The notes beneath the pieces were generated by a model, which was not told where the DNA came from, did no database searches, and was given only the letters and a program-made list of their open reading frames with translations. 64,000 nucleotides of DNA from Vitrella brassicaformis CCMP3155 (lineage: Eukaryota > Protista > Chromerida), in NCBI GenBank assembly GCA_001179505.1, contig CDMY01000499.1, positions 248,001-312,000 of the forward strand, in the 5' to 3' direction. A program made the position numbers and the translations under genes. This document shows, in pieces, positions 47,001 through 62,088 of the stretch. Each line of letters starts with the position of its first letter. Position 1 is the stretch's first letter.

Positions 47001-48103
47001 TATGGGGCATTCCCTTCTCCCCTCCTTCAGCCCGGTAACGAAGGCCCAAGAACAGCTGTGCGGGGAGCCGCGCGATTGTCTGCATCCGCTCGATGCACAT
47101 CTTACAATTCTTCCGCCGTCTCTTCGGAAGGAAAGAGAGGGCCGCCCCAAGTTGCACTGCAGCGAGGTTGCCAAACCATGTCCATAGAAATCTTTCACAT
47201 CACCTTTCATCGGAAAAAAAGTTGGCCGCAGTCTCTGATATCGCGATGAATCTCGACCGCCCCGACTGTTTTGCATCGGTCAGAATTTTCCTGCGCGGAC
47301 ATTCACAGGCGTTCAAAACACCATGGACTCAGGTCCACACGCACTGTTCAACAGCCAACAAATCGCATGCACAGTTCACATTGATGAAACGAACAGATGC
47401 ACCCCATCCACAAACACCACAGGAAGGCACAGTACATCACATCACATCACATCACAGCGCATCTCCACCTCTCCCTCCCCTGTCTGCACGAGCCAGCCGG
47501 TCCAAAATCGATCAGCCACAACACCAACTGACCAAGCAACCAACGTGACGGCAGGCACCGGCAGGAAGAGGTCAGAGTGGCGGACAGACGGCTGTGTGTG
47601 TGTGTGTGAGACTGAGCATCCCATGCATTCTTGCCATGTCAACACATGCCTGCCTGCCTGAGGCTGGCAAGCTGAATTCGGAAACAATACAAAGGATGGA
47701 TAAGAGAATGAGCAAGGAAGAGACAGAGAGGAAGAACCGAAAAGGAATCGACACCCACACAATGGCCGGCCCTCCACAGCAAGACTGGACTAGGCCTCAA
47801 TCAACACATGTAGCCATCTATGCGATTATATCCGCCAAACTCTCTCAGATATCTGAGACACCGCAAACACAGATAAGACACCAATGTGCAGGGGGCTTCA
47901 GCCACCCACTCACCCACCCACTCACCAGTAATTGCCTGATCGTCTGCGGGGGTCAGGCACGCCGCGGCAGCGGCGCACTGGACGCCCCTGCAAACACGCA
48001 CGTCGCCACACAACACACACCACATCCATCCGTCCATCTGTGAGTCGATGCATCAGTCTGTCTGTCTGCGTGATATGCACACAGACCTGCCGCGGCCTCA
48101 TTG

Positions 48104-50291
<2,188 letters not shown>

Positions 50292-50634
50292 TGATCCCTG
50301 TTCCTGCCTACCAACGTCACACGCGACAGAATCTGAGCGGTCTTTGCAAGCTCGCAAAAAGTGCGAGCTCCTGCGTTTGAGCAAGAAGGGAAGAAGCGGT
50401 GCCGAGGGAATGTTGTGAGCGCATCGGGCTTGTTTGAAGGGCAGCTGCCATCTACAGGCGAAAGGTGAGCCGAGACGCACTCTGTCAGCGCAGTGGTACA
50501 AAAGGTGTCAGCGAGGCAGCCAGGAGAGGCCGTGGGAAGGCAGCACAGGATGGGTGCGCCGCTCGCTGCACCAATGATGTCTCGACGAGTGTGTTCCTCT
50601 CACTCATGGCCGTCAGATCTGTCCTGCTGTGACG

Positions 50635-52808
50635 ATGGGTTCTCGCCGCCGTCGCGTTGCGCATGGGGAGGGAGGGGACGATGACGACGACAAGGACGCT
50701 TTCGAAGACGACGCTCAGTCAGAAGGTACCTCTGACAGACAGACCAGGCAGCAAGCGACGTGCGGCGAGGAGGACCATGTGCGCCTGTCTGTGAGTCCGT
50801 TCGTGTGTGCAGCTAGCGCCCTGTCTGACCTGGAGACCAAGCCAGCCGCTGCTGCAGCGGCTGCAGCAGCAGCTCAGCCTGACGGAGCAGCACAGCAAGG
50901 TCAGTCACCACCCACCGCACGGCATCCACTCATTCCGAGACGTGTCGTGTGTGTGTGTGTGTGTGTGAGGTTCTCCCTCCTCGGCCCTCCCGAACGGCGA
51001 GGTGGCGCATGGCGACGATGACAACGACAAGGGCGGCAAACGATGGTCCGACCACGAGCAGGAGCAGCAGCAGGACGGGGGAGACGTCAAGACAAAGGAA
51101 GGCGACACCATCAACGGCGACGAGGGCGCCGGCTCTCCTGCTGCCGCTGCCGCGGCTGCTGCTGCTGACACGGCGGAGGCTGGCCGGGCGGAGGAGGCCA
51201 AACCCGAGAAGGTGAGGGACTTGTGATTTGTGCGGACGTGTCGGCGTGCGTGTGAGGCAATGGTGGGTTGTGTGGTTTGTGTGTGTTGATTGCGGCTCAG
51301 GAGGTGATAGACAAGAACGACCCGACGTACGTGCCACGAGCTGCGCGGTATTTTTTGCACGACGATCGGATGGAGGATGGCGCGGGTGAGGGAGGCGACA
51401 AGGCGCAGAGGGCGCAGCGAGATACGTAAGCAACCCGACCCACCCGACACACACCACCACCACAGGCGGACAGACAGCTGGACGTATGCACTCCCCTTGC
51501 TTCGTTTCGCGCGCTCTGCAGTCGTTTCCGTCGTCGCGACCCGTTTGCGTCTATGGAGAAGAAGTGGGTCCACGACAAGTTCTACGAAATGGAAGAGGAC
51601 ATTGCACGAAGGGGAGGTACGCAACATCACATTGAAATAACCCTGTCTCGTCTCAACACATACATGCGCTCCATCCCTATTCCACCCATCCATTAATGGG
51701 TCAGCTCGTGGCTACGGCCGTCCTCGTGGCCGTGGCGGTCCCCCCCGCGGCCGCCTGTCGCCCTTCAACAGCCCCGGGGGGCGCCCCCGCGGCTCAGGCA
51801 TCATCTACCTCTCCAAGGGCAGGGCGTCGGGCGGCATGGGCGGACCCCCCGAGCGGCCCCCATACATGTCCCATCCGCACCACCAGGAGGAGGAGCCCTA
51901 CATGCAGGACGACGACCAGTGGGAGGCCTCAGGCGCCCCGCCGCCCAGGGGCAGGGGCAGAGGGCCCCGTGCTCGGCCGTTCGGGCAGGAGTGGCGCGGC
52001 GGCGAGTGGCGTGGCGGCCGGGGGGGCGGTATGCGGGGTGGTCGTGGTGGCGGGGTGGGTGGGGGCTACGGCCAGGGGGGAGGGGGGATGATGCACGGCG
52101 ACGAGAACTACGAGTCGCCACGACAAAGGTACCTGCCGACCTGGGACACAGCCAGCAGCGGAATGTATGTGATCGGTCTGCGGCCTCCATATGTGTGTGT
52201 GTGCAGTGGTGGGTATGGCGGTGGTGGCGGGAGTGGGTGGGCGCCCGCTCCCAGGGGACGTGGCTCACCCATGAGGGGCGGACGCGGAGGTCAGAAACAC
52301 GACACACATACGCGCTGCACCAACCCACAGATTCATCAACCACTGTGATGTGTCTCCCCCCGGTCGTTGATGCGGTGCATTCTCGTTCAGGTTATGGCGG
52401 TCGTGGCCGCGGCTATCAGAACGAGCACGACGACCGCGACAGGTAGGACACGACGGACAGCGTAGCGTCTCACAAGGACGTCACGTACACAGAGGAACGC
52501 GCTCATTCCGCCTGCGTGTGTATTGTATTGTGTTGGCCTGACCAGGTACCCCCAGCAGGGCGACTGGTCCGACTCGGCCGGATACGACCAGCGACACCAG
52601 CAACAAGTAAGTCCGCCCGCCACACACGACACGGCACGGGATAGGAGAGAGATGTATCCGTCCGTGAGAGTCCCATGTATGTATGTGATTGTGTGTGGCT
52701 GCGCTGTGTCCGTCGTGTGTGCAGGATTGGGGCATGCAGGGCGGCCGTCGGGGCGGCAGGGGCGGCGGGCGAACCATGAGATACTCAGAGATGGCATACG
52801 ACGGCTGA
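50635..52808 (+). CDS. CASC3: CASC3/Barentsz/MLN51 exon-junction-complex subunit (Btz domain, RGG-rich tail)
   Basis: Btz/SELOR motifs DKNDPTYVPRAARYFLHDDR and KKWVHDKFYE, RGG repeats, C-terminal RYSEM; phase-compatible exons ending at TGA 52806-52808. Confidence 0.85.
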
Positions 52809-54096
52809 CAAGACAGTGAGACGGAGAGGGGGAGGGGGCCCTGACAAACAAGACCCATCACCATCACATCAGTCAGTATCGTTCCTCGGCTGCCTGCGTG
52901 TGTTTTAAGGGAGGATGGAAGTGACTGTGTGGGTGAGCGGGAAGAGGTCTGCCTAGCGGGGAGGGGGGGAGGGAGGGAGGGGAGGTGCGTGTGTGATGGT
53001 GTGTGTACCATGAATGATCCGTTCATCACACTAATCAATCGGTAGACGAGTCTTTTCTTCCTTCCCCCGGCAGCCACCCTCAGTGTCCTCTCTCTCTCCT
53101 TCAATTTTCCCATACTGATGGGATCGCTGTCGTTCGTTTTGGGTCATGATGTGCTGTGTGTCCTGTCGCCGTGTGATGGAGCCGTGGTTTGGCCCCCAGC
53201 AATCATCGAACGGTTGCTTCGGGGTGGGCTGCGGACCTTCACAAGTGACTGACGCACCAACAAATGGACCGAATGGATGAGCGGATGGATGGGCTCGTGG
53301 CTGCGTGACGCGATGACCTAGCTGTCGCCCCACATATCACATCACATCAGTGGGAGGAAGAGGACAACACTAACTCTTTTTGGTTCGTACGATGCACACA
53401 CACTCACACGTCGAGAGGGAAGACAGCCGTCTGGATGGATCAATTAGGGTCGTGTGCCGTCCGTTCCCTCCCTCCCTCCCTCCGGTGCCGTGTGTTGTGT
53501 GTGTCGTGTCCTTGCGTTGCTAGGAGCATGGTGATGACTCAAGATGGCTGGATGGATGGCTGGATGGATGGACACACTCATGTGTTGAGAAGAGAGAGAC
53601 AGAGACGACGACATCAGCCAATCGATGCGGCGCGTGTATGCCACGTCATACGAGCGCCATATGCATTGGAGGGTGGCGTCGATACTGTCTCTTTCTTCCT
53701 CCTGTGAGTGAGAATGAGTGCTGACTGCTGACCCTTGATTGCTCAACAGCTGACTGACACCTTTGAGCGCCCTCATTTAAAGGAGGACTCTTCTTCGGTG
53801 GGCGCGCCGCATGCGAGTTGCCTCTGCTGCACAATTGGGGTCGTGGCGGGCGCTGGGTGGGATCACTGACGTCCGCCGTGAAGGACACGAGGTGCAATCG
53901 TGACGAACCTCTACACTGCCATTTTTCCGTCAGCCGGCGCTGGCCGACAGAGATCTCACCCTGGCCAAATCGTCCCAGCTCGGATGCAGTTGATGGCACT
54001 ACCTTAGCCTGAATTTCTCGGCAGGAGACGGAGACGGTCCACACTTTAAAATTTGCGTTGGCAAAAACTCTTTGCCGGGTGTCTGAAGAATCCGCA

Positions 54097-55379
54097 ATGC
54101 CACCTGCTTCGCGGCCTCTGCCTCTGTACCATCGCAGCCACCGTCACATCTATCTCAACCCAGGCCCTGTCCGCCTCACTCCATCGCACCACCCCGTTTG
54201 CCCCATCATCCACCTCCCGCCCCGCATTATCTGATTGCCCCACCACCCAATAATCAGGAGGACTATCCAAAGGAAGTACCGGTGTGGCAGGCGGGGGAGG
54301 GGACAGACGGCTGGTACGAGAACCTTTGGACGGGGGAGGCCGAGTATTGGGAAAGGGTGGACCCTTTGTGGTGGGAGGTGCATAGTGAGAAGGAGGGCCC
54401 CTGCTGGTGGTTCAGTGCGGCTGCCGCCAGATGTCGCCTCGCATGTCAGGAGGCCGCAGAGTCTATCAAGGCCGCCTGTGACGAGGCCAAAGAGTGCATC
54501 AAGGAGATCCCATAAGAATTACACATTCTCGGTATTTCTTGGAGGAGGAAGGAGGGCGGGCGATAGTTGTGATTGTGTGCATGGCGTTTCTCCCTCTCAG
54601 ATTGACCCGACGGGCTGCGGGGAGGCTGGCGTGGAGAAGTTGGCTGATGGTGCAGAGCTGTGGTGCTGGCCAATGTGAGAAGGGCATCTGCGAGGGTGAG
54701 TGAATTTGCCATGATGTATCCCATCGATCGACCCATCCGACACGCACAAACGCAATACGGTGCGCTGGCCAGACATGTGCGTCCATCGTTTGTGCGCATC
54801 CGTCTCTCCCTTGTGCAGATCATCGGACGGGCGATCCTTCAAGCCATCGTGGCCATCGGGGGCCGACCTCGATTACAAACCACCCTACGGACAGCTTTTC
54901 CCCAAATGGAGGGCGTGGACGGTGGGCCACTTCGTGTGGCCATTCTTCATTATACAGCGTTTCCAGTATGTGTGCAGATCGTTCACAGGGACATGAAGAT
55001 GTTGAATGTCCTGTATGAGGCCACTGAGGCCGCCGACGGCAAGGTCAAGGTCATCGACTTTGACCCTGCACACCTCGAGGACCTGCCCCACCAACCCTTT
55101 GAAGAACATCTTCGTCGGCACACCAACCTTCATCGTAGAGTACTCACACGCACACGATGGGAACCCATAAACGCAATCACTGTTTCTGGTGCATTCATGC
55201 AGTCGCCTGAGACGTTCAGATTCGTGTACTCGGAACAGACAGACCTCTGGCAGTGCGGCGTCATAATGTAGGCACACACACACATAGACCCCCACCACAC
55301 ACACATTTCTCCACTTGTTGTGTGTTCCTTGAGCATCAACTAACACATGCACACACCTACACACGGAATGAAACGATGC

Positions 55380-55413
<34 letters not shown>

Positions 55414-56101
55414 GCCGCAGCGGGGCGAATGCGACGAAGAGAACCACAACATGCTGGTCCAACACCTGGCGCACGTACACAAGGCAAGCACACAACAACT
55501 TGTGCGCCAAAAACTTTGCAAGTCTCTCTGTGTTGTTCGGTGCAGGGCCCGCACTTTCCCCCCGAAGCATTGGAGCGCTTCCCGGAGGCGTGTGACCTCC
55601 TTCGCACCTTGCTGACAGTGGTTCCGGACCGCAGATGCAAATCTGGTATGTCCACACAGATGGTCCCATTCTTATACATATACGCATATCCTGTGTCTGT
55701 TTGTGTTGGTATGTCTGTCAGCACAACACGCACTGAAGCACAAGTGGTTCACCGGTCCATGGCGGTGCAGAATTGCGCACGATTACGAGGTGAGCGATGA
55801 AGGCAACAGCCAAGGGAGGGCGGGACTTTGCGCGTGTGCAGGACCCCAATGGCTCACCGAACATGCCGAGAGTCAAGGAGGGCGATGTGGTGCTGGTATT
55901 GCGAAGTGAACGACTCGGCTGGTCGATCGGGCGCAAGCTCATCGACGGCAGAGACATCCCCGACGAGCCCACAGGTACATACGCCTGTGTGCATGGTAGA
56001 AGGCAGAGAGGGAGAGACCTTGGCCACGTGTGTATGTTGTGTGTGTGTGTTGGCTGACAGGACACTTTCCAACGGGCACCATCGAGAACCCTCCCCTGTG
56101 A
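54097..56101 (+). pseudogene. Ser/Thr protein kinase + C-terminal SH3, multiply disrupted
   Basis: Motifs VLGKGG, HRDMKMLN, KVKVIDFD, FVGTPTFI|SPE, DLWQCGVI, ACDLLRTLL...PDRR, ALKHKWF; SH3 AHDYE|...VKEGDVVLVL...GWSIG...|GHFP. Frameshifts near 54330-54365, 54660-54690 and 55065-55110, and an in-frame TAA at 54513-54515. Start tentative. Confidence 0.75.
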
Positions 56102-57153
56102 CGGTATGACCACCGCCAAGACCTCGTGCAGCTGTGGTTAGTACGTACTATCGACGCGGGGCACACCGGCACGGCTGAGATACTGTGCTGTGGTTTATGC
56201 CATGTAGAGAGGAGCGAGGGGAGGGGAGAGGCAAGAGAGGCACCGATTGGCTGCTGCGAATCGCTGCTCACATTTTATATCCGTCGTACGTGATTCACCG
56301 ACTCATGCGTTCGTGCGGATTGTGTGAGAGACACGGCTTGGCGTCTGTTGGCTGTCTGTCCGTCTGTCTGTCTGTCTGTCCGGCTGTGGCAAGTCATTCC
56401 TCGGGAGTGCGTGCCTTTTATCGGTGTTGACTTCCCTTCGGGGAGGCTCGCCTTTATCGGCGATACCGATTCCTACGGGGGCTCCGCTCGTACTGTGTGC
56501 AGATGTGTGTATTAATCGCTGTCTCCATTTTATATCTGAGTGGCTGGTGTTCTCACATCCGTGTCATTGGGTGAGACAGATACTCACAGCGGCGCAGCGA
56601 GGCCGAAGGAATACATGTTGGCAAGTGGTGGCGGCCTTGCAACGTCCAGCCCTCATCGACGTGGCCACATCTCGTGTGCCGATGTGCTCATTTGCTTCGC
56701 TTCTCTGCCTTGCTGGCCACTTCCGGTACTCTTACTTGTTGTCTGGTCTGCAGCTGGGTATTGACTGAGTGGTACACTTACGTGCCTTTGTATGCTGGTG
56801 CGAAGATGGATGAACCATTCGTTACAATGAAGGATGAGTCCGCCCGTCCGTCCACCCGGCCCATACACCATGGACAAACAAATCAGTACACATACAGTCT
56901 CATGTATGTCATTCCATCGTACACGTTCGCTGATTATGCACACCAATGGCCAACAGTTACACATCGGCGAAATAGGGAAAACCGTCATACTATGACAGCA
57001 GACCGTCTCTCACCCTGTCTCGTCTGTCTGAGCTCATATACACACACACGTCGGTATACACGTGTCGCCACGACAGAAAAATGAGCAGCAATGGCGGCAG
57101 TCGGTTCGTGAATGCCCTCCCCTGCCCTGTTCTCCCTCCCATTGGCTGGCTGG

Positions 57154-58528
57154 TCATCCCTCCTGCAGGCTGACTTGGCTGCCGTGGAAGGCATAGAGGC
57201 CGCCATTAGTGAGGCCGCTGTTGTCCGCCGCACCGCTGCAGATGAAAGCTGCAATGTCCTCGAGCTTCGTCCACCTACCATACCAGGGAGAGGACAGAGA
57301 GGCATGACACACACACACGCGTCAACCGTTGTGCGCGTGGCGTGCGAGGCTTACGTGGATTGGTCGGCATCTGGCATAGCTACCCTGTTGGCCTCCGTGT
57401 CGATGATCGTTGGGAGAATGCCGACCGTCTTCGACCCTGGTGGGTGAAGGAGGAGAGGGATGCCAATCAATCAGTGATTGATTGACGTGGCCTGCCAGGC
57501 CCAAATACCTTCTGGCATCCCGCTGCCCTCTGACGCGAGGGACTTGACCAGATGGTGAACGAGCGCCTTAGACGCCTGCATGCCACACATACCGATCAAT
57601 GCTTCACGCGATGGGTCAGTCAGTGGTGTGTGGGTGTGTGAGTGGTAATGGTCTGACCCCATACGAGATGGTCTGCGGCGTCGGGTTGAGGGCCGCGGCA
57701 GCGCCAGGCAGAAACAAGGTGCCAAAGGGCTGCACACACCTCACAAAGGAGTCGTTCTAAGCTGCCCATCTGTCGGCCAGCTCGGCTCTCGTTCACCTTG
57801 AGGTGTCGTTGTGCAATGACGGCACTGACGAGCGATGGACCAACGGATGAATGGATCATCCTCGCCGCGTCATCTGCACACGAACACACCATCATCCATG
57901 CCTTGTTGGCTTCTTGTCGTCCCGCTTCAACCCCGCTCACCGAGGAACGTTGCACTCTTGAGGTTCCCCATCGCAAAGCCCCCACTCATACAGACGATGG
58001 CGTCCAGCGGCACCCCTCGGTTGCCCAAGTACGCCTGCACCTTCATAGAACGGCCAGCCACAGCCCACAGGCACACACGATGATTGGTTGGAGGCATCAT
58101 ATCATAATGGCGCCTGCCTGCCTGCCTACGTGGCACATAAGCTAGCCTACCTGCAGGCCCTTCTGCAGCTGCTGGCCCTGCTCCATCAAAGTGGCGCTCT
58201 CCATGTGGACGAAAGTGTCGGGGCCTTCGCCTGACAGCGAATGAGCATATCCACTCATCTGTCCATCTGTCCATCTGTTTGTCGTCATCTCGGTGCATCT
58301 GCCCACTGACTGACATTTGGCGAGGTCACATCCGATGACCGCCCAGCCTTTCAAGCGAAATGCCGACACCAAATGACGGCCAACACCGCCGCAACTGAAT
58401 GAAAGAAAGAGCGTGCACGCAGAGAGGAGTCAGTGAATGGCCAGCGGGACAATCGACAGGGATGCCAAGGGTCTGCAGGTGTCATCTGCTTACCAGCCGT
58501 AGATGAGCACAGACAGCTTCGATGTCAT
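57154..58528 (-). CDS. QDPR: Dihydropteridine reductase (SDR family)
   Basis: Spliced product MTSKLSVLIYGCCGGVGRHLVSAFRLKGWAVIGCD...LDAIVCMSGGFAMGN...AQRHLKPFGTLFLPGAAAALNPTPQTISYGASKALVHHLVKSLASEGSGMPEGSKTVGILPTIIDTEANRVAMPDADQSTWTKLEDIAAF..., colinear with the QDPR consensus including YxxxK. Not visible as a single ORF in the track. Last exon boundary slightly uncertain. Confidence 0.9.
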
Positions 58529-58859
58529 TGATGCAGGCCAGGCCTCCCGGACAGACAACCAGGGCGGGAAACCTGTGATGGATCTCAGTTACTCAAGATG
58601 ACGCCAAGCAACCAGGCAACCTCCTCTGACGGCTCAACGCCCTGAGGCAACCGAAGGGAGATCTGTGCGAGCTTATACCTGATCGCTCACCCGCTGCCCT
58701 TTTCCCACTTTCCGCTCGGCAGGGCGAAGCACACGGAGGTGAGGAAAGCTATTCCTGAGAGATCTTGTCGGAACGAGAAGCGGTTGCCTTCCGTGTGGTG
58801 CAGACTTGTGAATGGACTGCTCTGCTATGTGCAAGTGAGGCCGAAAGGAGTGCTGCAGG

Positions 58860-59021
58860 TGAGTAGAGCATGTCGTCCACGACAGCCACCACCCATAAGC
58901 CGCTCTCGTCGTGTGTGAAGATGCATGGCTCGACGCTGCTCTGTGTGAATCCGATGCTGCTCAGGTAGTCCACCAGAGTCACGTGCCAGGCCCTGGGTGC
59001 TTCCTTGAGACGTTTGGGCTG
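58860..59021 (-). mobile_element. Ty1/copia reverse transcriptase (RVT_2) remnant
   Basis: Intronless open segment RLKEAPRAWHVTLVDYLSSIGFTQSSVEPCIFTHDESGLWVVAVVDDML matches the copia RT consensus (LKQAPRAW...GF..S..DPC.F...YVDD); no LTR, gag or integrase nearby. Confidence 0.8.
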
Positions 59022-59062
59022 TACCCGGCTGCGGCGGCAGTGTCGGCGGCGGCGTTGCAGCC

Positions 59063-60620
59063 ATGGATGAGATGCGAAAGCAGCTGGCCGACTTGATGGG
59101 CACCATCGTCGACGATAGCCAGGGAGGGAAGAAGAAGCGCTTTGACGATGACGACGTCTGCAAGAACTACCTGTGCGGCATCTGCCCAAAAGACCTTCTC
59201 AGACATACGGTATGGTACCAAGCAACAGACCAGATCTGCACACTTTGCCCCGTCTCGGAACCACTGCTTCCTTCCTTCGTGTGTGTGTGTGGGCAGCGGC
59301 TGACAATGGGCGACTGCGGCTTGGTCCACTCCGATGCACTTAAGGCCGAGTGAGCAAGCTAAGCCCATACATTCCTAGGTCCTGTTGATGCATCCGATGC
59401 AATGTGCCCAAAAGGTACGAGTCGCGTCGGCGGAAGCAGCGCTACGGTTACGAGGAGGATCTGCTGGCCGACTTGGACAAGCTGCTGGCCGAGTGTGACC
59501 GCAAGATCGCCAAGGCCCAGCAGCGGGTGGAGGACGACGAACGCGACTTCGACAACAGACTGCGCGAGGCCGAGGGCGATGAGGACGTCAAGCGCCTCAA
59601 CAACATCATCGAAGCTAGGATGAAAGAGGTCAGGCAGACACACACAGACAGAGCACGGCGTAGCGGAGTGTGTGTGTGTGTGTGTCTCTGTGTCTGTGTG
59701 TCTGTGGTGTGTCAGGCAGAGGATTTGGGTGCGTCGGGTGACGTAGGCGGGTCGATGAAGGCGATGCAGGAGGTGTCGGTTCTCGAGTCCCAGAAGAAGG
59801 ACCTCATCATCAACAAAGCCGTACACAAGATGAAGACATCAGCCGACGGAAGTCAGTGAGCCACACGACAACCAAGACATTTCTGTGTGCCTATGTTTGC
59901 CTGTGTTGGTGTGGTTTGCAATAATCAGGCTCAGCCCAGGCGCAGTACGTGGCGGCGCTCCGGAGTCAGGAGAGGATGCGCATGACGGTGTGCGACGTCT
60001 GCGGGGCATACCTCAACGCCAACAACAGAGAGGGTAGGGGACACGGGCAGCCAGCCACACAGGGTGTGTGTCGGCTCACTCCTCTCTCTCTGTGTGTGTG
60101 TGTGCAGGCGACGAGAAGCGTGCCAGCGACCATCGGTCGGGCAAGATCCACATCGCCTTCCTCCAGATGCGCGAGAAAGCCAAAGAAATAAAGGTAGGTC
60201 AGCCACAAGCCCACACCCACACCCAAGTCCACACCCAGTTCATGTTTCGTTCCTCAGAAGTGGCTGGCCGACGACGCGCCGACCGAGTGGGCCCCCACCG
60301 CCTCCCCCCCCCCTGACGCCGACCGTGGCTGGTCCAAGGACCGCTCTTCCAAGGACCGCTCCGCATCCTCGGCCAACGACCACAGGTGGCGCAGCAGAAG
60401 CAGGGACAGAGACAGAGACCGCGACAGAGATAGAGCCCGAGACCGCGACAGAGACCGAGAGCGAGACCGGTACGACTCACCCCGGGGGAGGAAATCGCGG
60501 CGGAGGGACGACAGCCGAGAGAGGGACCGGGAGAGGGACAGAGATCGAGATCGGTCGAGGCGGGGCTATCGTGAGAGGGAGGAGTCGGGGGGCAGGGAGG
60601 GGAGGCGGTACAGGGACTGA
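59063..60620 (+). CDS. LUC7: LUC7-like U1 snRNP-associated splicing factor
   Basis: MDEMRKQLADLMG, zinc finger 1 VCKNYLCGICP...GDCGLVH, zinc finger 2 VCDVCGAYL...DHRSGKIH, RD/RS-rich tail; TGA 60618-60620. Confidence 0.92.
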
Positions 60621-61638
60621 CTGAGTAAGTGACGGAAAGAGGGAGGGTGGGTGAGGAGCGAGAATGGGGATCGTGCGATGAGAACAGCAGAAGGGGCACA
60701 GAGAAGGCGGGATTGGGTGATCGTCTCTTGCTGCGTTTGGTGGCCGGGCCTTTGTAGAGTCGGCGCCATGTTGCCGGGAGCTGCCTTCGGCATCGCGTCA
60801 GGCAGTTCCAGCCACCATGGCGCACGCAACACAAAGGCCGGCGTGAAAACGCAAATGGATCAGAATGCTAACGTGTTGTTGCCGCTCCTCGGCGCTGTGT
60901 GTGAGGCGTGGGTTGTCGATCTCGAGGCTGGCGGCGCGGTCTGTCTTGCCGTCGTCATCCCCCGATGGCACACACAGCTCAGAGGGGATCACACATCTTC
61001 ACCTATGTCGGCACGGTTGTCTGTGTCTGTCTGATGTGCTCAGACCAATTAAGGGAGTGTGTACGTCCCGTCCCCTCCGTGAATAACAACCTTCAATGAC
61101 CCATGTCTGTCTGTCTGTCTGTATCCATGTATCCATGCCATGCAGCAGCTGCTGGTCTCGGTTCCGAGTCTGAAAAAGTTCTCTCACCTTACCACCTCGC
61201 CCATCCATACATATACTACCCCGAAGAGCCCCCAAGACACTTCATTCTCTCACTCAATCTTGATCTCACCCAACACACTAAACACACACACGCACGAACT
61301 ACAGACACTCTGCCGGGCAATTCTTTCTCTCTCTCCCGGCCGGCACATGTGGCATACACAGAGAAATAAAGAGAGGATACACTCACGCCCCCTCCCCTCC
61401 CCTCCCCCGGGGCGATAGACGGACTAGGCGGCCAGTGCAGACAGAGTACGGACACACACGCACACGCACCATACCTCTAGGCACACGAACGACACGCAAC
61501 ACGCACATCTTGACCAAAAAGAAGGTGTGCTCATGAAGCACTTGCCAGCCCTCGCCAGGCTGCTGGTCACAACTTCGTCACACCCCAGCTCCCCTCAAGT
61601 CGTGGGCTGGCCATGGAGGGGTCTGTTCAGCTATCTGT

Positions 61639-61943
61639 CTATCCTCGCGCAGCAGCGGGGCCCTCCGACTGTCTGCCGCTGTCCTCGCCATCGCCCGAGC
61701 GTTGCTCCGACTCTCTATATGCCCTCCTGCGCCAGTACTCACACTCAGCCTGGCAGGGAACACACAGATCACACACGGAGCAAACAGAGAGATAGAGGTG
61801 AGATAGAGAGAGTCTCCCTTGTCGGCACGGGGACCGTGGCGTACCTTGTATCGGCTGGCCTCCCTGCCCAGTTCCTCCCTCTCGCGAAGCAACTTCTTGA
61901 TCAGCTGCTCTTGGAGGGCCACTCTCTTCCACATCAATGACAA
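61639..61943 (-). CDS. Small two-exon coiled-coil hypothetical protein
   Basis: MSLMWKRVALQEQLIKKLLREREELGREASRYK|gtacgc...ccag|AECEYWRRRAY...AAARG*; clean phase-0 intron, but short and head-to-head with the subtilisin. Confidence 0.4.
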
Positions 61944-62088
61944 GACGCCGGCAAAACCCCAAACTCCAGAATGGGCGGCTTCGTCGCAGAAGAAAGAGGT
62001 TCGAGGGAATCAAACGGCAGAAAACGGCTTCGTACAAGTGAAGGTGTAAATGTAAACGGAATGTTTTTCGGCGTTTTTGGCGGCATAC

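Larger units (their letters stand above)
43762..48040. repeat. Segmental duplication unit C (partner 31981-35570), with several partial copies of the HDAC-gene N-terminal exons
   Basis: Block matches listed for unit A; partial exon copies at ~46790-46990, ~45880-46310 and ~45620-45810. Confidence 0.85.
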
